This document shows, piece by piece, positions 46,316-55,997 of a stretch of 64,000 nucleotides of DNA. Below the pieces are notes generated by a model, which saw nothing but the letters and a program-made list of their open reading frames with translations, was not told the DNA's origin and did not search any database. The stretch spans positions 133,547 through 197,546 of the forward strand of contig JADGBR010000002.1 of the NCBI GenBank assembly GCA_015231405.1, read 5' to 3'. Source of the DNA: Candidatus Omnitrophota bacterium (GTDB taxonomy: Bacteria > Omnitrophota > Gorgyraeia > Tantalellales > Tantalellaceae). Position 1 is the first letter of the stretch, and every line of letters begins with the position of its first letter. A program made the translations under genes and the position numbers.

Positions 46316-48394
46316 TCAAGGTACAATTACCTTAAAAAATCCGGCAATCGGCCAAGTTTCAAGGAGCTCTTTATCATTTTTCACGTTGATCCTAAAATTC
46401 AGCTCATCCTTCTTCTCGGCGCCGAGTTCGGAAAAAGGTATCCTGGCTTCCAGGATATCCTCAAAAGCGAATGTCATGAAATATACCTCTTTCACCTTTT
46501 CGCCCTCTATGCCTGAGGCCGATATTTTACCCTTATGTCCCTTTTTCAAAGGCATTTCTATCGTTATCCTTATGGGGCTGGCGAAATTCACTTCGACAGT
46601 AAGCGGCGAAAGGTCAAGAGCCCATACCTCCGGGTCCGGCGCGGCCATAAGATAAATGTTTTCCCGGTCCAGCCCATATGCCACTTTTTCGATTATCATC
46701 TCGGGTCTAGCCATCGCCATGTAAAGCTCATTAGCGCCTACTTGCCTGGCAGATCCCCATTCCAGCTCGTATGTCAGCACCCCGTCTATCTCGGGAGGCG
46801 TCATTAAAGTCTCGGTATCCGACATGGCCGGCGCCTTCCTCCCGTAGAGCGGCTCTTTAAGAAAAGCCGGCACATCCCGGCCCATGAGGCGGTAGACGTT
46901 CATGAGATGCATCCTGAAAAGATCGTCGAAAACATGGTTAAGCTCGGTGCCGAACTCGTCGTACCACCAGAACCAGTCGCTCGACTGGGCTATATAGATC
47001 TCTTCCATCGCCTCCGGCTTCGGTTCACCCATGGAGAAGAGTTCCGCCCTGACCTTCTCGAGGTATTCCCAGGCCCTGTTCTTTTCCGGGGACCCGATCC
47101 ATTTCCTGAAATTCCCGTTTATCCAGGAACCGCTGGCTATGTCCCTGATCTTGTCCTTGTGGCGGCATTTCTCGAGACACCCTCCCATGGTAACGGTCCT
47201 GGTCTCTTTGCACTCCGAAAGCATCCGGTATGTCTCCAGAAGGAAATCCTTCCCGCCGTTCGGGTAATACGGCCAGGGGTTTTCGCCGTCCAGGATTATC
47301 GAAACGACATGGTCGCCCTGGGCCGGGTCCGTGGCGTTCTTGATGCCCAGTATATTCCTGTAAAGGTCGTTGGCCGCGTCTTTACCGGTCATGTTCGCGT
47401 ATTTGAAGCTTATATCGTTGGAAATATTCACGTCCCGGAAAAGCATCGATATGTTCTTCCACCCGGGTCCGGCGACAGAGAAAGACCGAAAGACCAGGTC
47501 GTCCCGCTCAGCGCCTTTCCCCTCCCATGTCTTGTGAAGTATGGCTTCATCCGCCGCTATCCACTTGACCCCTTCTTCGATCAGGAGCGGTATTATATCA
47601 CCGCTGACGCCGCCTTCAGCCGGCCACATGCCTTTGGGTTTCCGGCGGAATATGCTCTTGTAGAACTCCGCCGCTTTCCGGACATGCCAACGGGCGTCGT
47701 CCCGCGACGTCTTCTGCGCGACAAGAGGAAGTATCGGGTGATAATAGGGGGTCGTGGATATCTCGATCCTACCTTCCTTCTGTGCTTTGCTATATAGAGG
47801 AATGATGGTCGATATGACCTCTTTCTGCTTGCCTATGATATTCCTTTTATCGTCATCGGAATATCCTCTCCCTTTTAGGAGCAGGCTTTTGATAAGAGGG
47901 TCCATGTTTTTCAGGGTGAACCCGCACCAGGCGAGGTTGAAATAGACCTGGAGGTCCGTTATCTCGGCGTCGGTGAAATGCCCCGACTTCTCTTTAAGGA
48001 CTTTAGGGTCAAGAACATCGCCGCGTTTTCCGAAAAGCGCCTTGTACCCCTTTATCGGCGCTATCTGGGTCGAAGGGTTACAGGAAAAGAAGTTGCGAAG
48101 TATGAATATTTTCTCGTCATATGAAAGGTCCGACGCTTTTTTCAGGGACAGCTTAAGGTAAACGTCGTCTATCTCGTCGTTTTCCGCGAAATCCTTAATC
48201 TGGTACAAAAGGGTAGGCGACAGGTTGAATGTACATTTTATTTTCGGGAACTCGGCGAGGATGGATATCATGTCGATATACGAGTATGTAGCGTGCAGCC
48301 TCACCCAAGGCAGATGATATTTACCGGTCACCAGGTCCTTGTATAAAGGCTGGTGCATGTGCCACAGGAAAGCTACTGATAACCGTTTTGCCAT
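46316..48394 (-). CDS. GH57 amylopullulanase-like glycoside hydrolase
   Basis: FLWHMHQP, LPWVRLH, GMWPAEG, ILDGENPW, SDWFWWY. Confidence 0.92.
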   Translation of the reverse strand: MAKRLSVAFLWHMHQPLYKDLVTGKYHLPWVRLHATYSYIDMISILAEFPKIKCTFNLSPTLLYQIKDFAENDEIDDVYLKLSLKKASDLSYDEKIFILRNFFSCNPSTQIAPIKGYKALFGKRGDVLDPKVLKEKSGHFTDAEITDLQVYFNLAWCGFTLKNMDPLIKSLLLKGRGYSDDDKRNIIGKQKEVISTIIPLYSKAQKEGRIEISTTPYYHPILPLVAQKTSRDDARWHVRKAAEFYKSIFRRKPKGMWPAEGGVSGDIIPLLIEEGVKWIAADEAILHKTWEGKGAERDDLVFRSFSVAGPGWKNISMLFRDVNISNDISFKYANMTGKDAANDLYRNILGIKNATDPAQGDHVVSIILDGENPWPYYPNGGKDFLLETYRMLSECKETRTVTMGGCLEKCRHKDKIRDIASGSWINGNFRKWIGSPEKNRAWEYLEKVRAELFSMGEPKPEAMEEIYIAQSSDWFWWYDEFGTELNHVFDDLFRMHLMNVYRLMGRDVPAFLKEPLYGRKAPAMSDTETLMTPPEIDGVLTYELEWGSARQVGANELYMAMARPEMIIEKVAYGLDRENIYLMAAPDPEVWALDLSPLTVEVNFASPIRITIEMPLKKGHKGKISASGIEGEKVKEVYFMTFAFEDILEARIPFSELGAEKKDELNFRINVKNDKELLETWPIAGFFKVIVP

Positions 48395-48425
48395 GGGAGA
48401 TCCCTTTAGGTGCTATAAGAACTTT

Positions 48426-48454
48426 ATGATATAAGCAATGATAGTCGTCGTCAA
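48426..48454 (-). promoter_or_regulatory. Sigma70-type promoter for the GH57-glgA-GH57 unit
   Basis: TTGACG-17nt-TATCAT. Confidence 0.6.
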
Positions 48455-48464
48455 GTGAATAACC

Positions 48465-49370
48465 CTACTTGCGCAACCCGATCGCGCCGAGGAATTCCGC
48501 CACGACGCCGGGTTTTTCCTGACGGGAGTAGAGGATGAGCCCCTTGGTACGGAGTTCGGATATATCTTTCCAGAGAGAATCGGACTTTAGCAGGGCCACG
48601 ATTATCCTGGGGTGGGTCGGCGAGTCGACGCCGACGAACGTCCTTTTGGCTTTACGGGTGTATCCGGTCTTTCCCATGAGGTGGTGACCGGTTCTATGGA
48701 GGGATTTATTGTGCGTCTTCAAATACAGATCTATGCCGTCGCTCCCGGAGATGCGATCGTCCTTCTTGGACATCTCGCCGACCAGAAAAGGGTATTTCAT
48801 TGCGTAAGCCATGAGCCTCGCGAGGTCCCTGGCGGTGGTATACTGCTTTTCTTTTTTCCGTGACGGAAGGCCGGTACTGTTGATGAAATTTGTGTCGTTC
48901 ATACCGAGGGCGGCGGCTTTTTCGTTCATCATAGCGGTGAATTCATCTTCGTTCCCCGCTACGGCTTCCGCGATAGCGACCGAGGCGTCGTTAGCTGATT
49001 TTATCATCATGGCCGTGAGGAGGTCACCGGCCTTGTAGGTAACGCCAGGCTTCAAACCGGCATAGGTAGGCTGGACCAGTTTTATCGACCCCGGAGCGGT
49101 TATCACGTCGTCGAGACCGAGATTCTCCATCGCCAGCACAGCCGTCATGAGCTTAACGGTCGAAGCAGGCTCGAGACGCGTATCGGGGCTCTTGGCGAAG
49201 AGCACTTTCCCCGTGGACGCGTCCATTATGACGGCCGAGAGCGCGTCGACATGGACCGCGACGTCGGCAGGTTTTACCGGTTTAACCGCGGCTTCTGTCG
49301 TATCCACGTTAAGTAAAAGCGCGGCGACCAGTAAGCACACATTTATCTTTGACCATGGACCATGGACCAT
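48465..49370 (-). CDS. D-alanyl-D-alanine carboxypeptidase (peptidase S11)
   Basis: PASTVK (SxxK), SAND (SxN), KTG; signal peptide. Confidence 0.92.
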   Translation of the reverse strand: MVHGPWSKINVCLLVAALLLNVDTTEAAVKPVKPADVAVHVDALSAVIMDASTGKVLFAKSPDTRLEPASTVKLMTAVLAMENLGLDDVITAPGSIKLVQPTYAGLKPGVTYKAGDLLTAMMIKSANDASVAIAEAVAGNEDEFTAMMNEKAAALGMNDTNFINSTGLPSRKKEKQYTTARDLARLMAYAMKYPFLVGEMSKKDDRISGSDGIDLYLKTHNKSLHRTGHHLMGKTGYTRKAKRTFVGVDSPTHPRIIVALLKSDSLWKDISELRTKGLILYSRQEKPGVVAEFLGAIGLRK

Positions 49371-49382
49371 AGACTATGGACC
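49351..49382. repeat. 7-bp tandem repeat (GACCATG) overlapping the carboxypeptidase start
   Basis: gaccatg gaccatg gaccata gactatg gacc. Confidence 0.88.
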
Positions 49383-49383
49383 T

Positions 49384-50688
49384 TCACTTATCGCGAAAAC
49401 GTTTTATCCTTCCCTTCGACGGATTAAAATAGCCCTTCATTACCCCGGGGAACTCGGCTGCTACACTGTCTATGACCTTATCAATACCGAGCATGTCCGG
49501 TTTTTTAGAACGAAAGCCCAGCTCGGCGAAATACCTCGCGGGGTCGTAATTCAAGTTGCGCCATTGTATCATATCAGGTCCGTTCTTTATCAGGAATTTT
49601 TTCAAAGAATCCGCCTCGTCACGGTGGTCGGTAAAACCGGGCATGGTGAGATAATTTATCGACACGAACCCGCCCGCGGCTTTAGCTTGTTTAATGGAAT
49701 CGATAACGTCCTCGTAACGATAATCCCCGGGCCTGTAGTAAAGCTCATAATATTTTTTTTGCACGCTGTTCATGCTGACCCGGATGGAATCGAGTCCCGA
49801 GGTGAATAGTTCCTTGATGACGCGCGGCCTTGAGGCGTTGGTGTTCAGGTTGATCACACCTTTGGATGTCTTTGCCCTGATCATTTTCACAGTCTCGATG
49901 AGCGTATCCCCGACGAGGAGCGGCTCGCCCTCGCAGCCCTGTCCGAAACTCACCACGGGGTCGTCCGTGTTCCCGAGATGGAAAAGCGCTACCTCAGCGA
50001 TCTCCGCGGGGGAAGGGACGAATTTTATCCTTTCCTGTGTCACGGAACATTTCTTTCCCGGCTGGAACGATATACAGCCGAGGCAGAGAGCGTTACACTT
50101 CGGCGACGTGGGAAGCGGACCTTCATATTTGTGCTGGAAGAAATTTTTGGCGGCGGGACATCCGTAAATAAGGGCGCATATCTCGAGATGTCTCGCGAGC
50201 CGGTTACCGGGAAGGAGCCTGCGGAAAGCTTTTACGTTTTTTTTTATAAGGTCCATGTCCATGTATCTCAGGACCTGCCTCTTTTCAAGATCGACCTTAA
50301 CGGCCGGAACATAGAACCCGCCTTTATGGAAAGCGACAGCCGAATAACAAAATAAGGGCAAAGCTCCGGCATTATCCATTTCCGTATAGGCGGAATTATA
50401 TAGGACGGAATATCCCGGCGCGACGAAAGCGGCAACGGCGTATATCGGCTCTTTCTTTCTCGAAAAAGGATTGCATTCCAGTGTCGTTAGATCACTTGTC
50501 AGCGAGTCGTAACCCACAGGCATTCTGTCGGGGACCATGAATATCTCGCTGTCGGGAGGGAGCGCGATGAGTTCGCTTTCGTCGAGTCTGAAGAACTCCC
50601 CACCCTTCATCCCAGCGGCGTGGACTCCGGGAAGATCGTAGACTTTTTTGTGTTTGTCGGCGAACAGTAACTTGGGGTGATCTTTCAT
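49384..50688 (-). CDS. Radical SAM protein of unknown function
   Basis: CNALCLGC (CxxxCxxC), SFGQGCEGEP, NLNTNAS; start at 50688. Confidence 0.9.
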   Translation of the reverse strand: MKDHPKLLFADKHKKVYDLPGVHAAGMKGGEFFRLDESELIALPPDSEIFMVPDRMPVGYDSLTSDLTTLECNPFSRKKEPIYAVAAFVAPGYSVLYNSAYTEMDNAGALPLFCYSAVAFHKGGFYVPAVKVDLEKRQVLRYMDMDLIKKNVKAFRRLLPGNRLARHLEICALIYGCPAAKNFFQHKYEGPLPTSPKCNALCLGCISFQPGKKCSVTQERIKFVPSPAEIAEVALFHLGNTDDPVVSFGQGCEGEPLLVGDTLIETVKMIRAKTSKGVINLNTNASRPRVIKELFTSGLDSIRVSMNSVQKKYYELYYRPGDYRYEDVIDSIKQAKAAGGFVSINYLTMPGFTDHRDEADSLKKFLIKNGPDMIQWRNLNYDPARYFAELGFRSKKPDMLGIDKVIDSVAAEFPGVMKGYFNPSKGRIKRFRDK

Positions 50689-50709
50689 AGTTAATTCAAC
50701 CTGAATACC

Positions 50710-50782
50710 CGGGGTCAGGCCTCCCCATTGGACAAAATAACCAAAATTATAAAAATTTGTCCAATGGGGAGGCCTGACCCCG
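50710..50782. repeat. Palindromic element, copy 2 (see 24782)
   Basis: CGGGGTCAGGCCTCCCCATTGGACAAA...TTTGTCCAATGGGGAGGCCTGACCCCG. Confidence 0.9.
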
Positions 50783-50789
50783 CTAGCTG

Positions 50790-50842
50790 GTGGGACGTCG
50801 GATATGTTTAACGTCCTACGTCCCACGTCCTACGTCCTACGT
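50790..50842. repeat. 7-bp repeats (ACGTCCY)x4 overlapping the xth stop codon
   Basis: acgtcct acgtccc acgtcct acgtcct acgt; same family at 54956-55033. Confidence 0.88.
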
Positions 50843-51598
50843 TAATAGCTCGATCCCCACCGGACAATGATCTGATCCCTGAACTTCCGGCATTATGAAC
50901 GCCCGCTTTACTCGAGGCAACATCTTCTCAGTTACAAAAAAATAATCCAGCCTCCACCCTACGTTCCTTTCACGCGCGGCCGTCTTATAATCCCACCAGG
51001 TATAGTTCCCGCCTTCCTTGTTGAAATGCCTGAAAGTGTCGACATATCCATGGGAAATGAATTTGTCCATCCACGCCCGCTCTTCGGGAAGGAAGCCGGT
51101 GTTCTTCTCGTTCTCTTTGGGGCGCGCTAGATCTATTTCTTTATGGGCGGTATTAACGTCTCCGGCGATCACTATTATCCGGACTTTCAGGGAGTCGACA
51201 TAACGAAGGAACTCCTCGTAGAAATCCAGTTTGTATTTAAGCCTTTCGGGGCCCATACCGCCGTTCGGGAAATAAACGTTGATCAGGGTGAAATCCTTAT
51301 ACTCCGCTACGAGCGCCCGGCCTTCGGTGTCAAAAGATCCTTCGCCGAAATCGTATAGGACTTCGCGGGGTTTTTCTTTCGTAAAAACGGCGACTCCCGC
51401 GTAACCTTTTCTCTCGGGATTGTTCCAGTAGGCGTAGTACCCTTCCGGCAAAATGTCCATCCCGTTCACCTGTTCGGGTAAAGCTTTGGTTTCCTGAAGG
51501 CACAGGATATCGGGCGACTCTTTACGGAACCACTCGATGAGCCCTTTTTTAGCGGCGGCCCTTATGCCGTTGACGTTCCATGATATGATACGCATCAT
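50837..51598 (-). CDS. xth: Exodeoxyribonuclease III
   Basis: [34 protein letters not shown]. Confidence 0.96.
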   Translation of the reverse strand: MMRIISWNVNGIRAAAKKGLIEWFRKESPDILCLQETKALPEQVNGMDILPEGYYAYWNNPERKGYAGVAVFTKEKPREVLYDFGEGSFDTEGRALVAEYKDFTLINVYFPNGGMGPERLKYKLDFYEEFLRYVDSLKVRIIVIAGDVNTAHKEIDLARPKENEKNTGFLPEERAWMDKFISHGYVDTFRHFNKEGGNYTWWDYKTAARERNVGWRLDYFFVTEKMLPRVKRAFIMPEVQGSDHCPVGIELLT

Positions 51599-51637
51599 AA
51601 TATAAGCGATGTGTGACAGTAGTAGTTGGGATAACTT

Positions 51638-51738
51638 GTGGTGATGGGTGATGGCGGCAGTTGGGATAACTTGCAGTTATGTGTGATGAGTTAAGGAAGT
51701 AATCCCGGAATCCACATTAACCCATCACCCATCACCCC
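51638..51738. repeat. Inverted GTGATGG 7-bp repeats overlapping the eda stop
   Basis: gtgatgggtgatgg ... cattaacccatcacccatcacc; nearby direct repeat AGTTGGGATAACTTG x2. Confidence 0.78.
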
Positions 51739-52376
51739 TTACTCTCTCCTGCTATTTTCCTGACCTTATCGACCATCGCCCTGACCTCCCGACCTATCGT
51801 CCCAAAATCCTTCTTATCGAAGAGCTCCCTCCCGAAAATGCTACCCCCAAACGCAACGGCATCCGCACCCGAGGCGAAATAGTCGGGGATATTATCCTTA
51901 GTCACCCCCGCGACGGCCATGAGCTTAACGCGGTTTAACGGGCCTTTCAATTCTTTAATATATTTCGGGCCGAAAGCGTTAGCGGGGAATACTTTGACCA
52001 TGGTCGCGCCGAGCTCCCAGGCGCGTAAAACTTCGTTCGGCGTGAGCGCCCCGGGGAATACCGGGATATTCTCCTTAACGCATTTTTTGATTACGTCTTC
52101 AATGATGACCGGCATGACGATGAACGAAGCCCCGGCGGAAACGGCCGCTTCCAGGTCTTTTTTCGTAAGGACCGTACCCGCCCCTATCGCGAGTTTACCG
52201 CCGGCAATGTTCTTAGCCCTCTTAATGAGCTCCGCGGCGCCTTTCGTGTTCATGGTTATCTCGAAAGCTTCCAGCCCGGCATCAATGACAGTAAGGACCA
52301 GCGGCTCGAGGTCTTCCGGCACTATGCCGCGGGCTATGCCGAGTATTGGCAATCGTGTGAAGTTATTTAAATTCAT
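51732..52376 (-). CDS. eda: KDPG/KHG aldolase
   Basis: FEITMNT, IGAGTVL, PGALTPNE, VKVFPA. Confidence 0.9.
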   Translation of the reverse strand: MNLNNFTRLPILGIARGIVPEDLEPLVLTVIDAGLEAFEITMNTKGAAELIKRAKNIAGGKLAIGAGTVLTKKDLEAAVSAGASFIVMPVIIEDVIKKCVKENIPVFPGALTPNEVLRAWELGATMVKVFPANAFGPKYIKELKGPLNRVKLMAVAGVTKDNIPDYFASGADAVAFGGSIFGRELFDKKDFGTIGREVRAMVDKVRKIAGESKG

Positions 52377-52409
52377 AAATACCCCTAGATGACCCAATCG
52401 CGATCAGTC

Positions 52410-52584
52410 AGACTGTTTCATAATAACAGTTTTGGATAAATTGTCCGTCATTGCGAGGGCACGAAGTACCCGAAGTAATCTCTGTAAAAATAATAAATTA
52501 CAGGGATTGCTTCGTCGTTCTCTCCTTCGTCGCTCACTCCTCGCAATGACGGATTAAGTTAATATTCGAATTGCGACACAGCCT
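52410..52584. repeat. CGTC-type palindrome (52444-52553) nested inside an outer imperfect inverted repeat
   Basis: Outer arms AGACTGTTTCATAA / TTGCGACACAGCCT; inner TCCGTCATTGCGAG...CTCGCAATGACGGA. Confidence 0.8.
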
Positions 52585-52598
52585 TCCTGGTTACTTTT

Positions 52599-53549
52599 CT
52601 AATCAACCTCGACTGCCGACAGGCTGTTGAGGAACTTCACGTAGTTGTCCTTGTCAGGGGTTGACCGCACCGCTATGGCGGAACGGGGGTGTTCGTTGAG
52701 CATGCCGGTTATGGCGTAAGGGATAATATATCCCCATTCCATCGTTTTCAGGAGAGGGAGGAATTCTTTCGATATGACCTCGAGTATCGGACGTATATCG
52801 AATTTAGGGTTCTTTAAAAAACCTATGAGAAGTTCCATCGGACAGTTCCCCGCGCCCCTACCGATTCCGTATATCGTCGCGTCCAGGTAGTTACAGCCTT
52901 CGATTATCCCCTGTATCGTGTTCGAGAATCCCAACTGCTGGTTATTGTGCATGTGGATGCCCAATTCTTTCGTCTTCAGGTATTTCTTGAACTTAGCCGC
53001 GAGGTAAGTGATATGCTCCTGGTAATAATATCCGAAGCTGTCGACTATATACACTACGCCGGTCCTGCTTTCCCTTTCAAGCTGGTCGAGAGCCTCGTCA
53101 AGCTCGTTATCCTGCGCTTTCGACACGGCCATGATGTTGACGGTCGTCTCGTATCCCTTATCGACGAAATCATTAACCAGGTCGATGGCCTTATCCACCT
53201 CTTTGACATATGTGGCCACGCGTATCATGTCTATGACGCTGTCCTTTTTTGGCGGGATGTCGCTTTTCTCGACTCGGCCTATATCGCACATAACGGATAA
53301 TTTAGGCCGGTTTTCGACACCGTCTATGATCTTCTTTATCTCGTTCTCATCGCAGAATTTCCATTTCCCGAACTTCGTCGGGGCAAGAAGCTCCTTGGAG
53401 GCCTTGTACCCTATCTCCATGTAATCCACGCCCGAAGCCGCGATAGCTCTGTACACGGCTTTGACGAAACTATCCTCGAAATAATGGTCGTTTATCAGCC
53501 CACCGTCGCGTATGGTGCAGTCTAAAACTTTAATGGCTTCGCGGTACAT
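52599..53549 (-). CDS. DRE-TIM metallolyase (4-hydroxy-2-oxovalerate aldolase-like catalytic domain)
   Basis: LDCTIRDGG, IVDSFG, HMHNN, GIGRGAGNC. Confidence 0.88.
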   Translation of the reverse strand: MYREAIKVLDCTIRDGGLINDHYFEDSFVKAVYRAIAASGVDYMEIGYKASKELLAPTKFGKWKFCDENEIKKIIDGVENRPKLSVMCDIGRVEKSDIPPKKDSVIDMIRVATYVKEVDKAIDLVNDFVDKGYETTVNIMAVSKAQDNELDEALDQLERESRTGVVYIVDSFGYYYQEHITYLAAKFKKYLKTKELGIHMHNNQQLGFSNTIQGIIEGCNYLDATIYGIGRGAGNCPMELLIGFLKNPKFDIRPILEVISKEFLPLLKTMEWGYIIPYAITGMLNEHPRSAIAVRSTPDKDNYVKFLNSLSAVEVD

Positions 53550-53606
53550 CGTTACCTCCTTTGTGTAACAGCATTTATCATATCGGCATCTGCTTTTGGG
53601 AATATT

Positions 53607-53635
53607 ATGTTATATGAAAAGGGAGTGTTGGGCAA
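53607..53635 (-). promoter_or_regulatory. Sigma70-type promoter
   Basis: TTGCCC-17nt-TAACAT. Confidence 0.45.
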
Positions 53636-53656
53636 GACAAAATAAAAATAGAATCA

Positions 53657-53734
53657 GTAGCCCCCGGCCACCGTGCCGGGGGACAATTTATCAAGCAGAC
53701 AAATTCATGCGCGGACACGGGGGTCCGCGCCTAC
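53657..53734. repeat. Convergent GTAG-REP doublet (REPIN-like)
   Basis: GTAG-CCCCCGGC..GCCGGGGG and, on the opposite strand, GTAG-GCGCGGAC..GTCCGCGC. Confidence 0.8.
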
Positions 53735-53739
53735 TATTT

Positions 53740-54894
53740 TTATTTTCTCAACGACACAAGCGCTTCGATATGCTTCGTTCTTGGGAACATATCGAACATA
53801 GCCGATCTGCCGATCCGCCATGTGGTGCCTTGCGTCATGGCTTTTATATCCCGGGCCATACGGGCCGGGTCGCAGGAAATATAATAGATCTCGTTAAGAC
53901 CCTCGGCGAAGGAAAGCCATTCCACGAACTCCGCGGAAAGGCCCTTTCTGGGAGGGTCGATGAGGGCGATATTCTTCGGGCCTTTCTCGCTGTCGTAAAG
54001 CCGTTCCATTTCGTTCTCGGCGTCGAGGATATAAAATTTCATGCCGCTATACCCTTTTTCTTTGGCGGTCGTCTTGGCCGCGCTTATGGCCACGCGGTCA
54101 TTATCGGCGCCTATGGTCTTATTGAAGCCCGGAGCGAGAAGAAAACTGAAAAACCCCATGCCGGAGAAAATATCGAAAAAAACCGTATCCTTCTTTTCCT
54201 CGCCTATCCATTCGCCCAGGACGCGGGCCATTTCTGTGGATATGTGCCTGTTCGCCTGGGAAAAAGCCAAGGGCGAGAACATCATTTCCTTGCCGGCATA
54301 AGTATCAGGAAAAAACCTTTCACCCATTTTATTCGAGAACCATAACCGGCCGGCATGGTCCGCCTTGATAGTCAGCCTGTCCTTGTCGTCGGCTCGAGCG
54401 GCGCATGGAAGAGCGCCGTTAATAGGCTCTTCGGCGATCGAGCAGGAAGCTATCTCCATGATGGACCGCTCATCCCTTGCATAAAACCCGTATTTATCCC
54501 CGGCCTTATGAAGGGTTATATGCGAACGGTAATTGTAATGGTCTTTAGAACTTATTACCTCATCGAGCTTAAAACCCTTGAACGAGCCGACCCGGGCGAA
54601 CAGTTCTTCGAACTGTTTTTTCTTGTACGCCACTTCCTTGGCGTATCCGATATGCTGAAGCTGGCATCCCCCGCACTGATAATAGTATTTACACAGGGGA
54701 TCGGTCCTATCGGGCGAAACTGTCTTTATATCCGAAAGTTCCCCTTTTACAAAGCTCGCCGTTTCCTTGACGACGTCAAAAACGACCTCTTCCCCCGGAA
54801 GCGCGCCCCGGACAAAACAGATCTTCCCGTCTATCTTGCCTACCCCGTCCCCGCCGAAGGCGAGATCGTAAATTTCAGTAGTGAGCTTCTTCAT
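53740..54894 (-). CDS. TRAM-domain RNA m5U methyltransferase (RlmD/TrmA family)
   Basis: GALPGE, C..CGGCQLQH, FSQAN, DPPRKG, YISCDP, DMFPRTKHIE. Confidence 0.92.
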   Translation of the reverse strand: MKKLTTEIYDLAFGGDGVGKIDGKICFVRGALPGEEVVFDVVKETASFVKGELSDIKTVSPDRTDPLCKYYYQCGGCQLQHIGYAKEVAYKKKQFEELFARVGSFKGFKLDEVISSKDHYNYRSHITLHKAGDKYGFYARDERSIMEIASCSIAEEPINGALPCAARADDKDRLTIKADHAGRLWFSNKMGERFFPDTYAGKEMMFSPLAFSQANRHISTEMARVLGEWIGEEKKDTVFFDIFSGMGFFSFLLAPGFNKTIGADNDRVAISAAKTTAKEKGYSGMKFYILDAENEMERLYDSEKGPKNIALIDPPRKGLSAEFVEWLSFAEGLNEIYYISCDPARMARDIKAMTQGTTWRIGRSAMFDMFPRTKHIEALVSLRK

Positions 54895-54910
54895 AATGGG
54901 CTTATCATAC

Positions 54911-55033
54911 AGGGTCAAGGGTCAGGGGTCAAGGTGAACTTAGGACGGGTATTAACGTAGGACGTGGGACGTGGGACGTGAGATATTGGGACCTCTAAAA
55001 GATACTACTTACGTCCCACGTCCTACGTCCTAC
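54911..55033. repeat. Two 7-bp families: (GGGTCAR)x3 and inverted (ACGTRGG)n / (ACGTCCY)n
   Basis: gggtcaa gggtcag gggtcaa; acgtagg acgtggg acgtggg ... acgtccc acgtcct acgtcct. Confidence 0.85.
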
Positions 55034-55045
55034 AGAACATCGCTA

Positions 55046-55972
55046 TCACTCCTGAAACAGCCACGTCGAAAGATACCTCTCCCCCGTATCCGGCAATATC
55101 ACGACGATAACCTTCCCTTTGTTCTCCGGACGCTTCGCCACCTGGATCGCGGCCCAGACGGCTGCGCCTGAGGATATCCCGGCGAGTATGCCGTCGGTCT
55201 TAGCAAGTTTTCTGGCTATATCCCCGGCGTCATCGTTAGTGACCTTAACAACCTCGTCAATCACATCTCGATTGAGGACTTGCGGCACAAAACCGGCGCC
55301 TATACCCTGTATCTTATGAGGCGCTGGTTTTCCTCCGGAGAGCACAGGTGAAGCGTCAGGCTCTACCGCTATCGCTTTAAAGGACGGTTTTCTTTTTTTG
55401 ATGACCTCGGCGATGCCGGTTATGGTCCCGCCCGTACCGACGCCGGCAACTACTATATCCACCTTGCCGTCGGTATCGTTCCATATCTCTTCTGCCGTAG
55501 TTTTCCTGTGGATCTCGGGGTTAGCCGGATTATTGAATTGTTGCGGGACGAAACTGTTCGGGGTAGTCTTTGCGAGTTCCTCGGCTTTTTCGACCGCCCC
55601 CTTCATCCCTTTAGCCCCGTCGGTAAGGACAAGCTCCGCTCCGAATATTTTGAGGAGCTGTCTGCGTTCTACGCTCATCGTATCCGGCATTGTCAGGATA
55701 AGCTTATAGCCCTTGGCCGCGGCGGCGAACGCGAGAGCCACTCCGGTATTACCGCTCGTCGGCTCTATGATCACCGTGTTCTTTTTCAAGAAGCCTTTTT
55801 TTTCGGCGTCTTCGATCAACGCGACGCCTATCCTGTCCTTAACGCTGGAGAGGGGGTTGAACGACTCAAGTTTCGCAAGGACCGTCGCCTCCAGCCCTTC
55901 AGCGATACGGTTTAGTTTGACCAGGGGAGTGTTCCCGGTGGTTTTCGTAATATCGGAATATATCTTAGCCAT
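55046..55972 (-). CDS. cysK: Cysteine synthase A
   Basis: [41 protein letters not shown]; start at 55972. Confidence 0.96.
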   Translation of the reverse strand: MAKIYSDITKTTGNTPLVKLNRIAEGLEATVLAKLESFNPLSSVKDRIGVALIEDAEKKGFLKKNTVIIEPTSGNTGVALAFAAAAKGYKLILTMPDTMSVERRQLLKIFGAELVLTDGAKGMKGAVEKAEELAKTTPNSFVPQQFNNPANPEIHRKTTAEEIWNDTDGKVDIVVAGVGTGGTITGIAEVIKKRKPSFKAIAVEPDASPVLSGGKPAPHKIQGIGAGFVPQVLNRDVIDEVVKVTNDDAGDIARKLAKTDGILAGISSGAAVWAAIQVAKRPENKGKVIVVILPDTGERYLSTWLFQE

Positions 55973-55997
55973 ATTAACCCTCCTTATTTTCAAAGCC

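Noticed and set aside
46219-46326. N-terminal extensions in the ORF track (glgA VRDSWFVIRDS, cysK, radical SAM, BatD, 14940 gene, 4-alpha-glucanotransferase)
   Set aside because: They translate intergenic repeats or overlap the upstream gene; downstream ATGs match the family N-termini.
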